This document shows positions 26,873-35,846 of a stretch of DNA of 64,000 nucleotides, piece by piece. A model generated the notes under the pieces. The model was not told where the DNA came from. It did not search any database and saw nothing but the letters and a program-made list of their open reading frames with translations. Positions within the stretch are counted from its first letter, which is position 1. The number at the start of each line of letters is the position of its first letter. This DNA comes from Oscillospiraceae bacterium (GTDB lineage Bacteria > Bacillota > Clostridia > Oscillospirales > CAG-272). The translations under genes were made by a program, and so were the position numbers. Location of the stretch: the NCBI GenBank assembly GCA_015064395.1, contig SVSH01000004.1:6901-70900 (forward strand), in the 5' to 3' direction.

Positions 26873-26900
26873 GGGCGGATGCACCTCGGTGCATCCGCCC
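26873..26900. terminator. bidirectional intrinsic terminator
   Basis: Perfect 12-bp stem GGGCGGATGCAC / GTGCATCCGCCC with A- and T-runs. Confidence 0.85.
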
Positions 26901-26918
26901 GTTTTTTGTTTTGGTGAA

Positions 26919-29900
26919 TTATTTTTCTTCTTTGGTGTATTCCATGACAAATCTAGAGATGCAACCGCCGAATCCCTTGGAGGGATAGCAATTACGGATA
27001 CGAACGTAGAACACGCCGCCCTCCTTTGCACCGTAGGTGAAGGGATCGAGGGTAAAGGTCGTGTCGTTTCCGCCGCCGGGCAGGTGAGGCACCTTGCCGC
27101 CCTCGGAGTAGTCGGCGACCATGGTATAATTCTCGCCGTCCGTGCTCACCTCCAGAATATAGTTCTGCGCCAAATAGAAGGTAAATTTGGCACTGAGCAT
27201 ATCACTGAGGTCAAAGGCGTAGATCAGAATACCGCCATTGTCGCAGAAGCGAACGCCGCTGTTGACGCCTGCGCTGCTGAAATCAAGGAATTCGTAGTCT
27301 TCGTTGCTGCTGTTGGTACGAACGGTTCGCTGATACGAGGCGATGCCGTTCTTGACGGAGACCAGAAAATCGCTCTCATTGGTGCTGTTGTCGTCACGTT
27401 CGGGGATGAACTCGGTGGTCGTGTTGTTCTTACCGGGTGCCCGATTGGGCTTTACGGCAGTGGTGGTCGTGTGGCGAATGACGATACGGGAAACAGCAGC
27501 GCCGTGGCTGCCGATCGTTGCCGTGTTACGGATACGGATGTACAGGTCGTTGCCGATCTCTTCGTATGCCGTGGGATCGATCGTGATGACGGTGGCGTTG
27601 TCTGCGTTTGTCACACGGTCGACCGTTCCGCCCTTGGAATAGTCGGCTATCAGCGTCCAATTCTGACCGTCTCCGGAAACCTCAATGATATAGTTTTGTG
27701 CGATGTAGACCTGATATACAGGGGAGTCATAGTCACGCGTGTCAAACTTGTAGATCAACTCGCGGTTGTCGTCGCAAAAGCGGACAGATGCACTGACCCC
27801 GGCGGTATTCTTGACGAGGTATTTTTCGTCAGCCCCCGACTCGTTGGTCAGAATATTGACCTCGCCAAGGCCTCCTGTGATGTCCTTGATGGCATTCTTG
27901 TCGTCGCCCCACTTGATGGTGACGGTGATGGGCTCCATGCCACCGTCAAACAGGAAGAAGATGGAATTGCTTGCCTCATCATAATCGTATTGGAGCAGGG
28001 AAAGATCCAGCTCGTCCTCGCCCTTGGTGATGCTGATGCTCTTGGGATATACACCGGCGGGGAGCAGGATGCGGTTGGAAAGCAGCGTGTTGCCGGCACT
28101 GGTGACGGTGTAGGTCATGCTATCCGCCGTTTCGACCAAAGAGCCGCTCTGGATCGTGCCGGCGGTGAAGCCCAAGCGGGGAACGGAGAGGTCAAAGCCG
28201 GAGACGTCATACAAAACGACGCTGTCGTCCTTGGGAACGACGGGATTTTTGAGAATACTCAGCTGTGCGCTGTAGAGGTTGATGTAAGTACCCTTCAGCG
28301 TTTGCGCGGAATGGTAAGCGTGAGCCGCTACGACGTTGCCGCGGCGAACGGTCATCAGATCGGTGGTGACGTAATCATAGTCGGTGTAGTTCAGCGCGTA
28401 TTCGGTCAGGGCGCGCATCATTTCAGGACCGAAGGAATGGCCGCCGAAGAAGGCGGAGGAAAGACCGATGGCGATGACGCGGCCGTCCTCGACTCGCTCG
28501 TCGATGCCGACAGCCTTTCCGCTGACTGTCAAAATGGGATTGCTTGCGCCCTCAAAGGTGATGGCAAATCTGCGATAAGAGGCAGAAAGTCTCTGATCGT
28601 TAAAGGCACTCTTCAGCGTGGGATCGCTTGCCGAGATGCTGTTGCCGCCGGCAAGAGAGGAGACCTTGATATCATCAAGCTCCAGATGCTTGAAGAGGTT
28701 GTTCAGGGGAGAGCCGTCCTCTTGCCAGAAGAAGTAATCATCAACGCTCCAGTACTGATTGGAGCCGGAAATGAACAAGAGAGTACCGCCCGCCTTGACC
28801 CAATCGGCAATGGCGATATTGATCTTTTCATTCAGCGGCACGTTGGAATCAAAGCTGACGATGAGAACGGTAACGCCCTCCAGGTCAGCGGCGGATTCGA
28901 TCTGATCCATCGACTTCATCTTAGTGGGGATACCCTCGCGGACGAGAGAAGCAGTGACACCGTACAGGCCGTCGGTGGTGCCCAGCGCCCAGCCCGAGCC
29001 CGGATTCATCCAGGACAAGGAGTCGGAGATCAGATAGGTGATACCGGGTGTGCCGGCCTCGATCTTGACGTCCTCACCGCCGACATTGTTGAGCATCTCG
29101 TAGATCTGGGACTGAATGGTGCGGTAGTTGTTGGATACGTTAGCAAAGGCGCGGTTGACCCAGGGAAGGATCTGGAAACGATTGATCTCGGGCTGCATCA
29201 GGATTGCCGCGATGGACTGACGGTAAAGATACTGGCAGTCCTCCTCGGTGAAGCTGGCGTTGTCCATCATCGGGTCGGCAAGGGCGTAAAAGTTCAGTCC
29301 TTCGACCGAATCAACGTAAGAGGAATACTCGATAAAGGCATTGGTAAAGTTATCGGTAAAGGCACCGCCGCGATAGAGAAAAGCGGTATTTTGGGTATCC
29401 GACCAGGTCTGCCCGATGACACCGTCAAGCGCCCCTGTGGCGACGTAATGGTTCAGTCCTGCATCAATGCCCCAGTCGGAGTAGTTGACCGTGCTGTGAG
29501 TGGCAATATAGACCTGAGTGGTGGGGGAGAGCTCCTTGATGCGGGAGGAGAGCTCTACGATGATACGCTCAAACAGATAGGTCTTGAGCAGATTTGCCTT
29601 GAGCATATTCTCGGGAGAGGAGGCGGGATCCTGCCATTCCTCACCGTAGTAGGCCTTCCATTCTGCCTTGAAGGACTTGGAGTAGCCGGAGGCCGCCCAC
29701 ATTTCGGGCTCCTCCAGAGCGATGGTCTGGGGGTGGCAGGCAATAATAACGGGCTTGACCCTGTTTTCCCATACGTAATCGATCCAGCGCTCTGTGGGCA
29801 CCATATAGTAGTCGGTGCCTGCGCTATGCTCCAGGAAGCTGCCTGAGCTGTTGGTCTGAACGTCATCCTGACGCTTATACTGAGAGACGTAGGTTTTGCT

Positions 29901-30719
29901 GGCACGGTTGATGGCGAGCATCATATCCACGACGTAAGTGCCGGGCTCATACCAATCGGCAAAATGCTTGTAGTCGTTGGCGTAGACCATAACGGAATCC
30001 GAGTTGACGGCGTACAGATCCGAGAACATCGTTCCTGTCTGGAAGGTGGTCATAACACCCTCCAGCTTCATACCCTGATACTCCTGAACGTACATACCGC
30101 CCGAGAGGGTGTAGGTGGGCTTTGGGTAGGAGAGGGGGGTGGTAGTGGGCTTGTTTTGCTCGGGGAAGATGGGCAGATCGGGGTCAAAGGGATTGACCAC
30201 AGGTGGGGTATAAGAATTTTTCATAGAAAAGTTAGCAGCCATAGCGAATGCTCCCGTCGTTGCATTGGTTTCCAGTATGTTGGTAACGAAATAATCCACC
30301 GCCTCCACGGTCGCGGCGTCATCGTAGCCGATGATGACGAGTCGCTTGTTCATAATAGCGATGACGTATTCGTTTTCGGACAGCTGTGCGTGTGCCTCGA
30401 TGCTCTCGGCGCGGTTGGTCATGCCGACTAAGATCTCCAGCGTATCGGTGGGAACGGGCTCACCGCGCTTGACGTAGTCTTCGTTGATAGGCATATCCTT
30501 AAGTCCTGTTTTTTCTTTCAGGACAGCGCAGACACGGACGGCCGCCTTGCGAATGTCTACGTTGGCCGTCTCCGAGCGGACGACCGTGTAGGAGGTCGCA
30601 CCGTTGGCGATCAGATGCAGCATTTCCACCGGGGGCTCTTTGGGCTTACAAGCCACGATGCTGCCGCCGATCAGTGCCAAAAGGGCAACGCATACCAGAA
30701 TGCGAAGTGTTTTTTTCAT
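26919..30719 (-). CDS. large multidomain lipoprotein, putative uncharacterised glycoside hydrolase
   Basis: Lipobox IVAC after MKK plus a hydrophobic core; GH20-domain-2-like N-terminus; central LEEPE-containing domain; class I GATase-like domain; two ~130-aa C-terminal repeats; AGGAG RBS. Confidence 0.6.
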   Translation of the reverse strand: MKKTLRILVCVALLALIGGSIVACKPKEPPVEMLHLIANGATSYTVVRSETANVDIRKAAVRVCAVLKEKTGLKDMPINEDYVKRGEPVPTDTLEILVGMTNRAESIEAHAQLSENEYVIAIMNKRLVIIGYDDAATVEAVDYFVTNILETNATTGAFAMAANFSMKNSYTPPVVNPFDPDLPIFPEQNKPTTTPLSYPKPTYTLSGGMYVQEYQGMKLEGVMTTFQTGTMFSDLYAVNSDSVMVYANDYKHFADWYEPGTYVVDMMLAINRASKTYVSQYKRQDDVQTNSSGSFLEHSAGTDYYMVPTERWIDYVWENRVKPVIIACHPQTIALEEPEMWAASGYSKSFKAEWKAYYGEEWQDPASSPENMLKANLLKTYLFERIIVELSSRIKELSPTTQVYIATHSTVNYSDWGIDAGLNHYVATGALDGVIGQTWSDTQNTAFLYRGGAFTDNFTNAFIEYSSYVDSVEGLNFYALADPMMDNASFTEEDCQYLYRQSIAAILMQPEINRFQILPWVNRAFANVSNNYRTIQSQIYEMLNNVGGEDVKIEAGTPGITYLISDSLSWMNPGSGWALGTTDGLYGVTASLVREGIPTKMKSMDQIESAADLEGVTVLIVSFDSNVPLNEKINIAIADWVKAGGTLLFISGSNQYWSVDDYFFWQEDGSPLNNLFKHLELDDIKVSSLAGGNSISASDPTLKSAFNDQRLSASYRRFAITFEGASNPILTVSGKAVGIDERVEDGRVIAIGLSSAFFGGHSFGPEMMRALTEYALNYTDYDYVTTDLMTVRRGNVVAAHAYHSAQTLKGTYINLYSAQLSILKNPVVPKDDSVVLYDVSGFDLSVPRLGFTAGTIQSGSLVETADSMTYTVTSAGNTLLSNRILLPAGVYPKSISITKGEDELDLSLLQYDYDEASNSIFFLFDGGMEPITVTIKWGDDKNAIKDITGGLGEVNILTNESGADEKYLVKNTAGVSASVRFCDDNRELIYKFDTRDYDSPVYQVYIAQNYIIEVSGDGQNWTLIADYSKGGTVDRVTNADNATVITIDPTAYEEIGNDLYIRIRNTATIGSHGAAVSRIVIRHTTTTAVKPNRAPGKNNTTTEFIPERDDNSTNESDFLVSVKNGIASYQRTVRTNSSNEDYEFLDFSSAGVNSGVRFCDNGGILIYAFDLSDMLSAKFTFYLAQNYILEVSTDGENYTMVADYSEGGKVPHLPGGGNDTTFTLDPFTYGAKEGGVFYVRIRNCYPSKGFGGCISRFVMEYTKEEK
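26937..27860 (-). repeat. two tandem ~130-aa protein repeats (27471-27860 and 26937-27329)
   Basis: Both share AGV.S.VRFCD....LIY.FD, Y.AQNYI.EVS.DG.N.T..ADYS.GG and DP..Y...Y.RIRN.......G..SR. Confidence 0.9.
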
Positions 30720-30778
30720 AATAACGTCTCCTTGTCGTAGGACTTGCGGCAAAACAGCCGCAGGCTTTCATAGTACAT

Positions 30779-30807
30779 ATTATACAAATTTTGTCATTCA
30801 AAGTCAA
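30779..30807 (-). promoter_or_regulatory. sigmaA promoter for the lipoprotein
   Basis: TTGACT-N17-TATAAT on the minus strand. Confidence 0.75.
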
Positions 30808-30868
30808 TAGAATATTTCATTTTTGGCACATTCACCAAAGGCATCACAACTTTTTCTGTTAGAGAAAA

Positions 30869-30882
30869 CGAATGAATGTTTG
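30869..30882. promoter_or_regulatory. candidate LexA (Cheo/SOS) box
   Basis: CGAATGAATGTTTG vs consensus CGAAC-RNRY-GTTYG (one mismatch), upstream of ruvC. Confidence 0.45.
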
Positions 30883-30910
30883 AATTTTTTATAAAAGTTT
30901 GTGATTTTGT

Positions 30911-30939
30911 TTGACTTATCTGTATTTTTGTGGTATTAT
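30911..30939 (+). promoter_or_regulatory. sigmaA promoter for the ruvC operon
   Basis: TTGACT-N17-TATTAT. Confidence 0.7.
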
Positions 30940-30978
30940 ATTACATTGGAAAGGTATGATAGTTGACAGAGGGAGGCG

Positions 30979-31485
30979 ATGTGTGTGATCATATTGGGAA
31001 TTGACCCCGGAATTGCCATCGTTGGATGGGGTGTTGTCGATTATACCGGCAACAAATTCACGCCCATCGCTTACGGCTCGATCCAAACGCCCAAGGAATT
31101 GACGACTGAGCGAAGACTGGAGCGCATCTATCACGAGCTGACCGACATCATCAAGACCTATCACCCGCAATCCATGGCGGTGGAGGAGCTGTTTTTCAAC
31201 ACCAACCAAACCACGGGTATCCGTGTGGCAGAGGCGCGCGGCGTCATCCTGCTGGCAGGACAGCTGTGCGGACTTCCCATCGCGGAGTATACCCCTCTGC
31301 AGGTCAAGCAGGCGGTGGTCGGCTACGGCCGGGCGGAGAAAAAGCAGGTCATCACCATGGTGACCATGATGTTAGGATTGCCCAAGCCCCCCAAGCCGGA
31401 CGACACGGCCGACGCCCTGGCACTGGCCATCACCCATGCGCACAGCGGGTGCTCGCGGCTGGCCTCGTACTACAATCTGAAATAA
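30979..31485 (+). CDS. ruvC: crossover junction endodeoxyribonuclease RuvC
   Basis: ILGIDPG, AVEELFF, EYTPLQVKQAVVGYGRAEK and DDTADALA motifs. Confidence 0.97.
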   Translation: MCVIILGIDPGIAIVGWGVVDYTGNKFTPIAYGSIQTPKELTTERRLERIYHELTDIIKTYHPQSMAVEELFFNTNQTTGIRVAEARGVILLAGQLCGLPIAEYTPLQVKQAVVGYGRAEKKQVITMVTMMLGLPKPPKPDDTADALALAITHAHSGCSRLASYYNLK

Positions 31486-31500
31486 ACGGAGAACGAAAAT

Positions 31501-32367
31501 ATGTGGACATCGGAACACTGGAAGGACTATGAATTGCTCGATACCAATGACGGCGAGCGACTGGAGCGGTGGGGAGACTATATCCTGATCCGTCCCGACC
31601 CGCAGGTCATCTGGCACGGCGTTGCCAAGCACCCCGCCTGGCAACGAGCAGACGGCATCTATCGTCGCTCCAACACGGGCGGCGGCCGTTGGGTCAAAAA
31701 TAAAATGCCCGAGAGCTGGAACATCCGCTATGGCGAGCTCGGCTTTGTCCTTCGTCCCATGGGCTTTAAGCATACGGGACTGTTTCCCGAGCAGGCCGCC
31801 AACTGGGATTGGTTCTCGGGACTGATCCGCAAGGCGGACCGCCCCATCCGTGTGCTCAATCTGTTTGCCTATACCGGCGGCGCTACCGTTGCCGCTGCCA
31901 AAGCGGGTGCGAGCGTCGTTCACGTCGACGCGGCCAAGGGCATGGTCGCCCAAGCCAAGGAAAACGCGGCACTGTCGGGTCTTGCCGACGCACCCATCCG
32001 CTATATTGTGGATGATTGTAAAAAGTTTGTTGAACGCGAGATCCGTCGCGGCAATCACTACGAGGGTATCATCATGGACCCGCCCTCCTACGGCAGAGGA
32101 CCGGGAGGCGAGGTGTGGAAGCTGGAGGATTGCGTGGATGAGCTGATCGCTCTGACTGCACAGCTGCTCTCGGACCGTCCCTTGTTTTTCCTTGTAAATT
32201 CGTATACCACAGGACTGTCCCCTCTGACCATGAGCTACCTGATCGAGCTGAAGGTCAGATCCCGCTTTGGTGGGCACGTCGAGTCGGGTGAATTGGGACT
32301 CCGCGTCACGCAGACGGGCGCGTATCTGCCCTGCGGGGCAAGCTCGCGCTGGACGTGTGAGTATTGA
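31501..32367 (+). CDS. class I SAM-dependent methyltransferase (RlmI/RlmK-like, short form)
   Basis: GFKHTGLFPEQ, VLNLFAYTG, VDAAK and IIMDPPSYG motifs. Confidence 0.85.
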   Translation: MWTSEHWKDYELLDTNDGERLERWGDYILIRPDPQVIWHGVAKHPAWQRADGIYRRSNTGGGRWVKNKMPESWNIRYGELGFVLRPMGFKHTGLFPEQAANWDWFSGLIRKADRPIRVLNLFAYTGGATVAAAKAGASVVHVDAAKGMVAQAKENAALSGLADAPIRYIVDDCKKFVEREIRRGNHYEGIIMDPPSYGRGPGGEVWKLEDCVDELIALTAQLLSDRPLFFLVNSYTTGLSPLTMSYLIELKVRSRFGGHVESGELGLRVTQTGAYLPCGASSRWTCEY

Positions 32368-32406
32368 TCGGTCTGCATCAAACGCAAACGAAAAGGAGGA
32401 TGCTGT

Positions 32407-33285
32407 ATGTCACAGGGCTGGATCCGAACGGAGGGCTTGACCTACGCTTACACGGATGACACCACAGGCGAAGAGCAGCCCGCTTTGCACTGCATTGATC
32501 TGAACATTGAAAAGGGCGAATATATCGCCATCATTGGTCACAACGGTTCGGGTAAATCCACACTGGCCAAGCTGCTCAATCTGGTGCTGGAGCCGACGGG
32601 CGGCGCCATCTATGTGGACGGCAAGAACGTCTGCGCCCCCGATATGACGGACGAGGACGTGTTTGCTCTGCGTCAAAAGGTGGGTATGGTCTTCCAAAAC
32701 CCCGATAACCAGCTGGTTGCTACCATCGTGGAGGAGGACGTGGCCTTTGGACCCGAAAACCTCGGCGTTCCCTCGCAGGAGATCCGCCGTCGGGTGGACG
32801 AGGCGCTGGCCATGGTCGGCATGAGCGAGTACGCTCGTCACGAGCCGCACCGACTGTCGGGCGGACAAAAGCAGCGTGTTGCCATTGCCGGTATTATCGC
32901 CATGATGCCCGAATGCATGATCTTTGACGAGTCCACCGCCATGCTTGACCCTCTGGGACGGCAGGAGGTGTTGGATACCATGGAGATGCTGCATCGGGAC
33001 AAGAATATTACCATCATCACCATCACACACCATATGGACGAGGCGGCGCGCGCCGACCGTATCGTCGTCTTGGACGACGGACGCATTCTGCGCGACGGAA
33101 CGCCTGAGGAGATCTTCTCCGATCCCGAGCCGCTGCTCGCGGCAGGGCTTGACGTCCCTCAGTCGGCGTCGCTCATTCATCGCCTGCGTAAAAGAGGCCT
33201 TGCGCTTGAGGGGCAGGTCGGGACGCCGGGGGCGTGTGTGGATGCTATTTGCCGTATGTATGAGGCGCGGCACAAATCTTTGTAA
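32407..33285 (+). CDS. ecfA1: ECF transporter ATPase A1
   Basis: GHNGSGKST, VFQNPDNQ, EEDVAFGPENLG and LSGGQKQR motifs. Confidence 0.95.
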   Translation: MSQGWIRTEGLTYAYTDDTTGEEQPALHCIDLNIEKGEYIAIIGHNGSGKSTLAKLLNLVLEPTGGAIYVDGKNVCAPDMTDEDVFALRQKVGMVFQNPDNQLVATIVEEDVAFGPENLGVPSQEIRRRVDEALAMVGMSEYARHEPHRLSGGQKQRVAIAGIIAMMPECMIFDESTAMLDPLGRQEVLDTMEMLHRDKNITIITITHHMDEAARADRIVVLDDGRILRDGTPEEIFSDPEPLLAAGLDVPQSASLIHRLRKRGLALEGQVGTPGACVDAICRMYEARHKSL

Positions 33286-33297
33286 GACGGGTTGGTT

Positions 33298-34170
33298 ATG
33301 TCGAAAATAAGATTAGAAAATATCAGTTACGTGTACGGGGCGGGCACGCCGTTTGAGATGCATGCACTCGACGACGTCACGCTGGATATCCGCGAAAATG
33401 CGGTCACGGGACTCATTGGGCACACCGGGTCGGGTAAATCCACCCTGGTGCAGCTGCTTAATGGCTTGAGCCGCCCCACAAGCGGCCGCGTGCTGCTGGA
33501 CGGCGTGGATATCTGGCAAAAGCCCAAGGAGATCAAGCAGGTTCGCTTTCGCGTCGGCTTGGTTATGCAGTATCCCGAGTACCAGCTGTTTGAGGAAACG
33601 GTACGGGCAGACATTGCGTTCGGCCCTAAAAATATGGGGCTATCCCAAGAGGAGATCGCCCAGCGTGTTGCCGAAGCGGCGGCTCTGACCGGCTCGGATG
33701 CGTCATTGCTTGACCATTCACCCTTCGATCTGTCGGGGGGACAAAAGCGCCGCGTGGCCATTGCAGGCGTGATCGCCATGCGCCCCGAGGTGCTGGTGCT
33801 GGATGAACCGGCGGCAGGGCTTGACCCCCGCGGACGGGATATGATCCTGAACCAGATCTGCAACTATCAGAAACAGACGGGTGCTACCGTCATCATCGTC
33901 AGCCACAGCATGGAGGACATGGCCCGCTACTGCGACGACATTGTCGTTCTGTCCCGCGGCCGATGCATCATGCAGGGAACTACCCCCGAGGTGTTCGCAC
34001 GCTCGGAGGAGCTGTCCTCCGTTGGCCTTAACGTCCCCGAGATCTCCCGCGTTTGCTCGATGCTCCGCGCACGCGGCGTTCCTATGGACGAGGGGATTTT
34101 CACCGTCGAGCAGGCCGAGGCGTGCCTTTGCCGTTTGCTTGCCGCGGACGGAAAGGAGGGGCGGATATGA
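33298..34170 (+). CDS. ecfA2: ECF transporter ATPase A2
   Basis: GTPFE, GHTGSGKST, QYPEYQLFEE and PFDLSGGQKRR motifs. Confidence 0.95.
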   Translation: MSKIRLENISYVYGAGTPFEMHALDDVTLDIRENAVTGLIGHTGSGKSTLVQLLNGLSRPTSGRVLLDGVDIWQKPKEIKQVRFRVGLVMQYPEYQLFEETVRADIAFGPKNMGLSQEEIAQRVAEAAALTGSDASLLDHSPFDLSGGQKRRVAIAGVIAMRPEVLVLDEPAAGLDPRGRDMILNQICNYQKQTGATVIIVSHSMEDMARYCDDIVVLSRGRCIMQGTTPEVFARSEELSSVGLNVPEISRVCSMLRARGVPMDEGIFTVEQAEACLCRLLAADGKEGRI

Positions 34171-34985
34171 AAAGCATTACGCTCGGTCAGTTTTATCCTG
34201 CCGATTCGATCCTCCACCGCGCCGATCCCCGTATGAAGGTCATTCTGACGGTCTTGTATATCGTCGCGACCTTCCTGGCAAAGAACGTTCTTTCCTTTGC
34301 ACTGCTGCTTTTGTCGGCGCTGTTCCTCATTCTGATCAGTAAGATCCCGATGAAGCTCGTCATCAAAAGCATTCGCCCGATTTTGTTTATTATGGCGTTC
34401 ACGGCCTTGATCAACGTTTTCTTCACGGGCGGCGAGACGGTGCTCGTCGAGTGGAAATTCATCCACATCTACCTGGAAGGCGTGTATCAAGCGCTGTTTA
34501 TGGTCACTCGCATCGTCGTGCTCATTCTCGGCACGAGTATGCTTCTGACCTATACGACCACTCCCATTATGTTGACCGATGCACTGGAGCAGCTGCTCTC
34601 GCCGTTGCGCGTCCTTCACGTGCCGGTGCACGAGTTTGCTATGATGATGACCATCGCCCTGCGCTTTATCCCGACACTGGTCGAGGAAACGGACAAGATC
34701 ATGTCGGCGCAAAAGGCACGAGGTGCCGATTTCACCAGTGGCTCGCTCATCTCGCGTGCCAAAGCACTCGTTCCCATTCTCATTCCTCTGTTCGTTTCGG
34801 CCTTCCGCCGGGCGGACGAATTGGCAACCGCGATGGAGTGCCGTTGCTATCACGGCGGTACGGGACGCACCCGCATGACGGTGCTGCATTACCACCCGCT
34901 TGACTTTGTGATTCTCTGTGCCATGCTGGCGTTTGGGGCGGCTATTGTCGTCCTCAACCGCTTGGGGCTTGGCTTTACCCTGTAA
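34167..34985 (+). CDS. ecfT: ECF transporter transmembrane component T
   Basis: LGQFYP, IALRFIP, AQKARG and AMECRCY motifs; ATGA overlap with ecfA2. Confidence 0.95.
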   Translation: MKSITLGQFYPADSILHRADPRMKVILTVLYIVATFLAKNVLSFALLLLSALFLILISKIPMKLVIKSIRPILFIMAFTALINVFFTGGETVLVEWKFIHIYLEGVYQALFMVTRIVVLILGTSMLLTYTTTPIMLTDALEQLLSPLRVLHVPVHEFAMMMTIALRFIPTLVEETDKIMSAQKARGADFTSGSLISRAKALVPILIPLFVSAFRRADELATAMECRCYHGGTGRTRMTVLHYHPLDFVILCAMLAFGAAIVVLNRLGLGFTL

Positions 34986-35008
34986 ATGCTACGAAAGGAA
35001 ACGGACGC

Positions 35009-35803
35009 ATGAAAGCGATGATCAAATTCCGCTTTGTCGGAACAGCGTATAACGGCTATCAGGTGCAGCCGGGGAGTATCCCGACTGTCCAGCGTGCCCT
35101 CAATGAAGCGACACGTGCGCTGTTTGGCTACGACTGTGACGTCATGGGCTGCAGCCGCACCGATGCGGGCGTCCATGCGCGCGCCTTTTGTGCCGCCGTT
35201 TCCAAAAAAGGACAGTACGATCTGCCCACGACGATCGCGGCGGCCAATATCCCGCGGGCACTGTGCAACTACCTGCCGGGCGATATTGCCGTGACGGACG
35301 CCTGCTTTGTGCCGGATGATTTTCATCCCCGCTATTCGGTGTCGGCCAAGGAGTACGAGTATCGCTACTATTCCTCGCCGATCCGTGATCCGTTTGAGGA
35401 ATATCGCAGCTGGCACATTCCGTGTCCGCTCATGCCCGATGCGGTCGACCGCATGAACCGGGCGGCCCAGGCTTTTGTGGGAACGCATGATTTTGCCTCC
35501 TACATGGCACAGGGCTCCAAGATCACGGAGCCGACCCGTACCGTCAACTATGCCACGGTGGAACGGCAGGGAAGCATTTTGTCCTTCCGCGTCTGTGCAG
35601 ACGGATTTTTGTACAACATGGTGCGCATTATGGCGGGAACGCTGTATGAGGTTGCGGTGGGGCGCAGGGAGCCCGAAAGCATCGTCGATACGGTGCTGGC
35701 GCAAAACCGCACGGCGGCCGGCTTGACAGCCCCTCCGCACGGTCTGTACCTGTCGCGCGTCTTTTATTGCCGCCCGGACGTTCTGCCGGCGCACTGGGAT
35801 TAA
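35009..35803 (+). CDS. truA: tRNA pseudouridine(38-40) synthase
   Basis: GCSRTDAGVHA, DFHPRY and GFLYNMVRI motifs. Confidence 0.96.
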   Translation: MKAMIKFRFVGTAYNGYQVQPGSIPTVQRALNEATRALFGYDCDVMGCSRTDAGVHARAFCAAVSKKGQYDLPTTIAAANIPRALCNYLPGDIAVTDACFVPDDFHPRYSVSAKEYEYRYYSSPIRDPFEEYRSWHIPCPLMPDAVDRMNRAAQAFVGTHDFASYMAQGSKITEPTRTVNYATVERQGSILSFRVCADGFLYNMVRIMAGTLYEVAVGRREPESIVDTVLAQNRTAAGLTAPPHGLYLSRVFYCRPDVLPAHWD

Positions 35804-35846
35804 TTCATCCCCCAAAAAACATTGAACTACCGAGAGGAGGGATCGC

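Noticed and set aside
26868-29846. 992-aa plus-strand ORF antisense to the lipoprotein
   Set aside because: Shadow ORF caused by GC-rich codon bias on the opposite strand; no RBS or recognisable motifs, and it begins inside a terminator.
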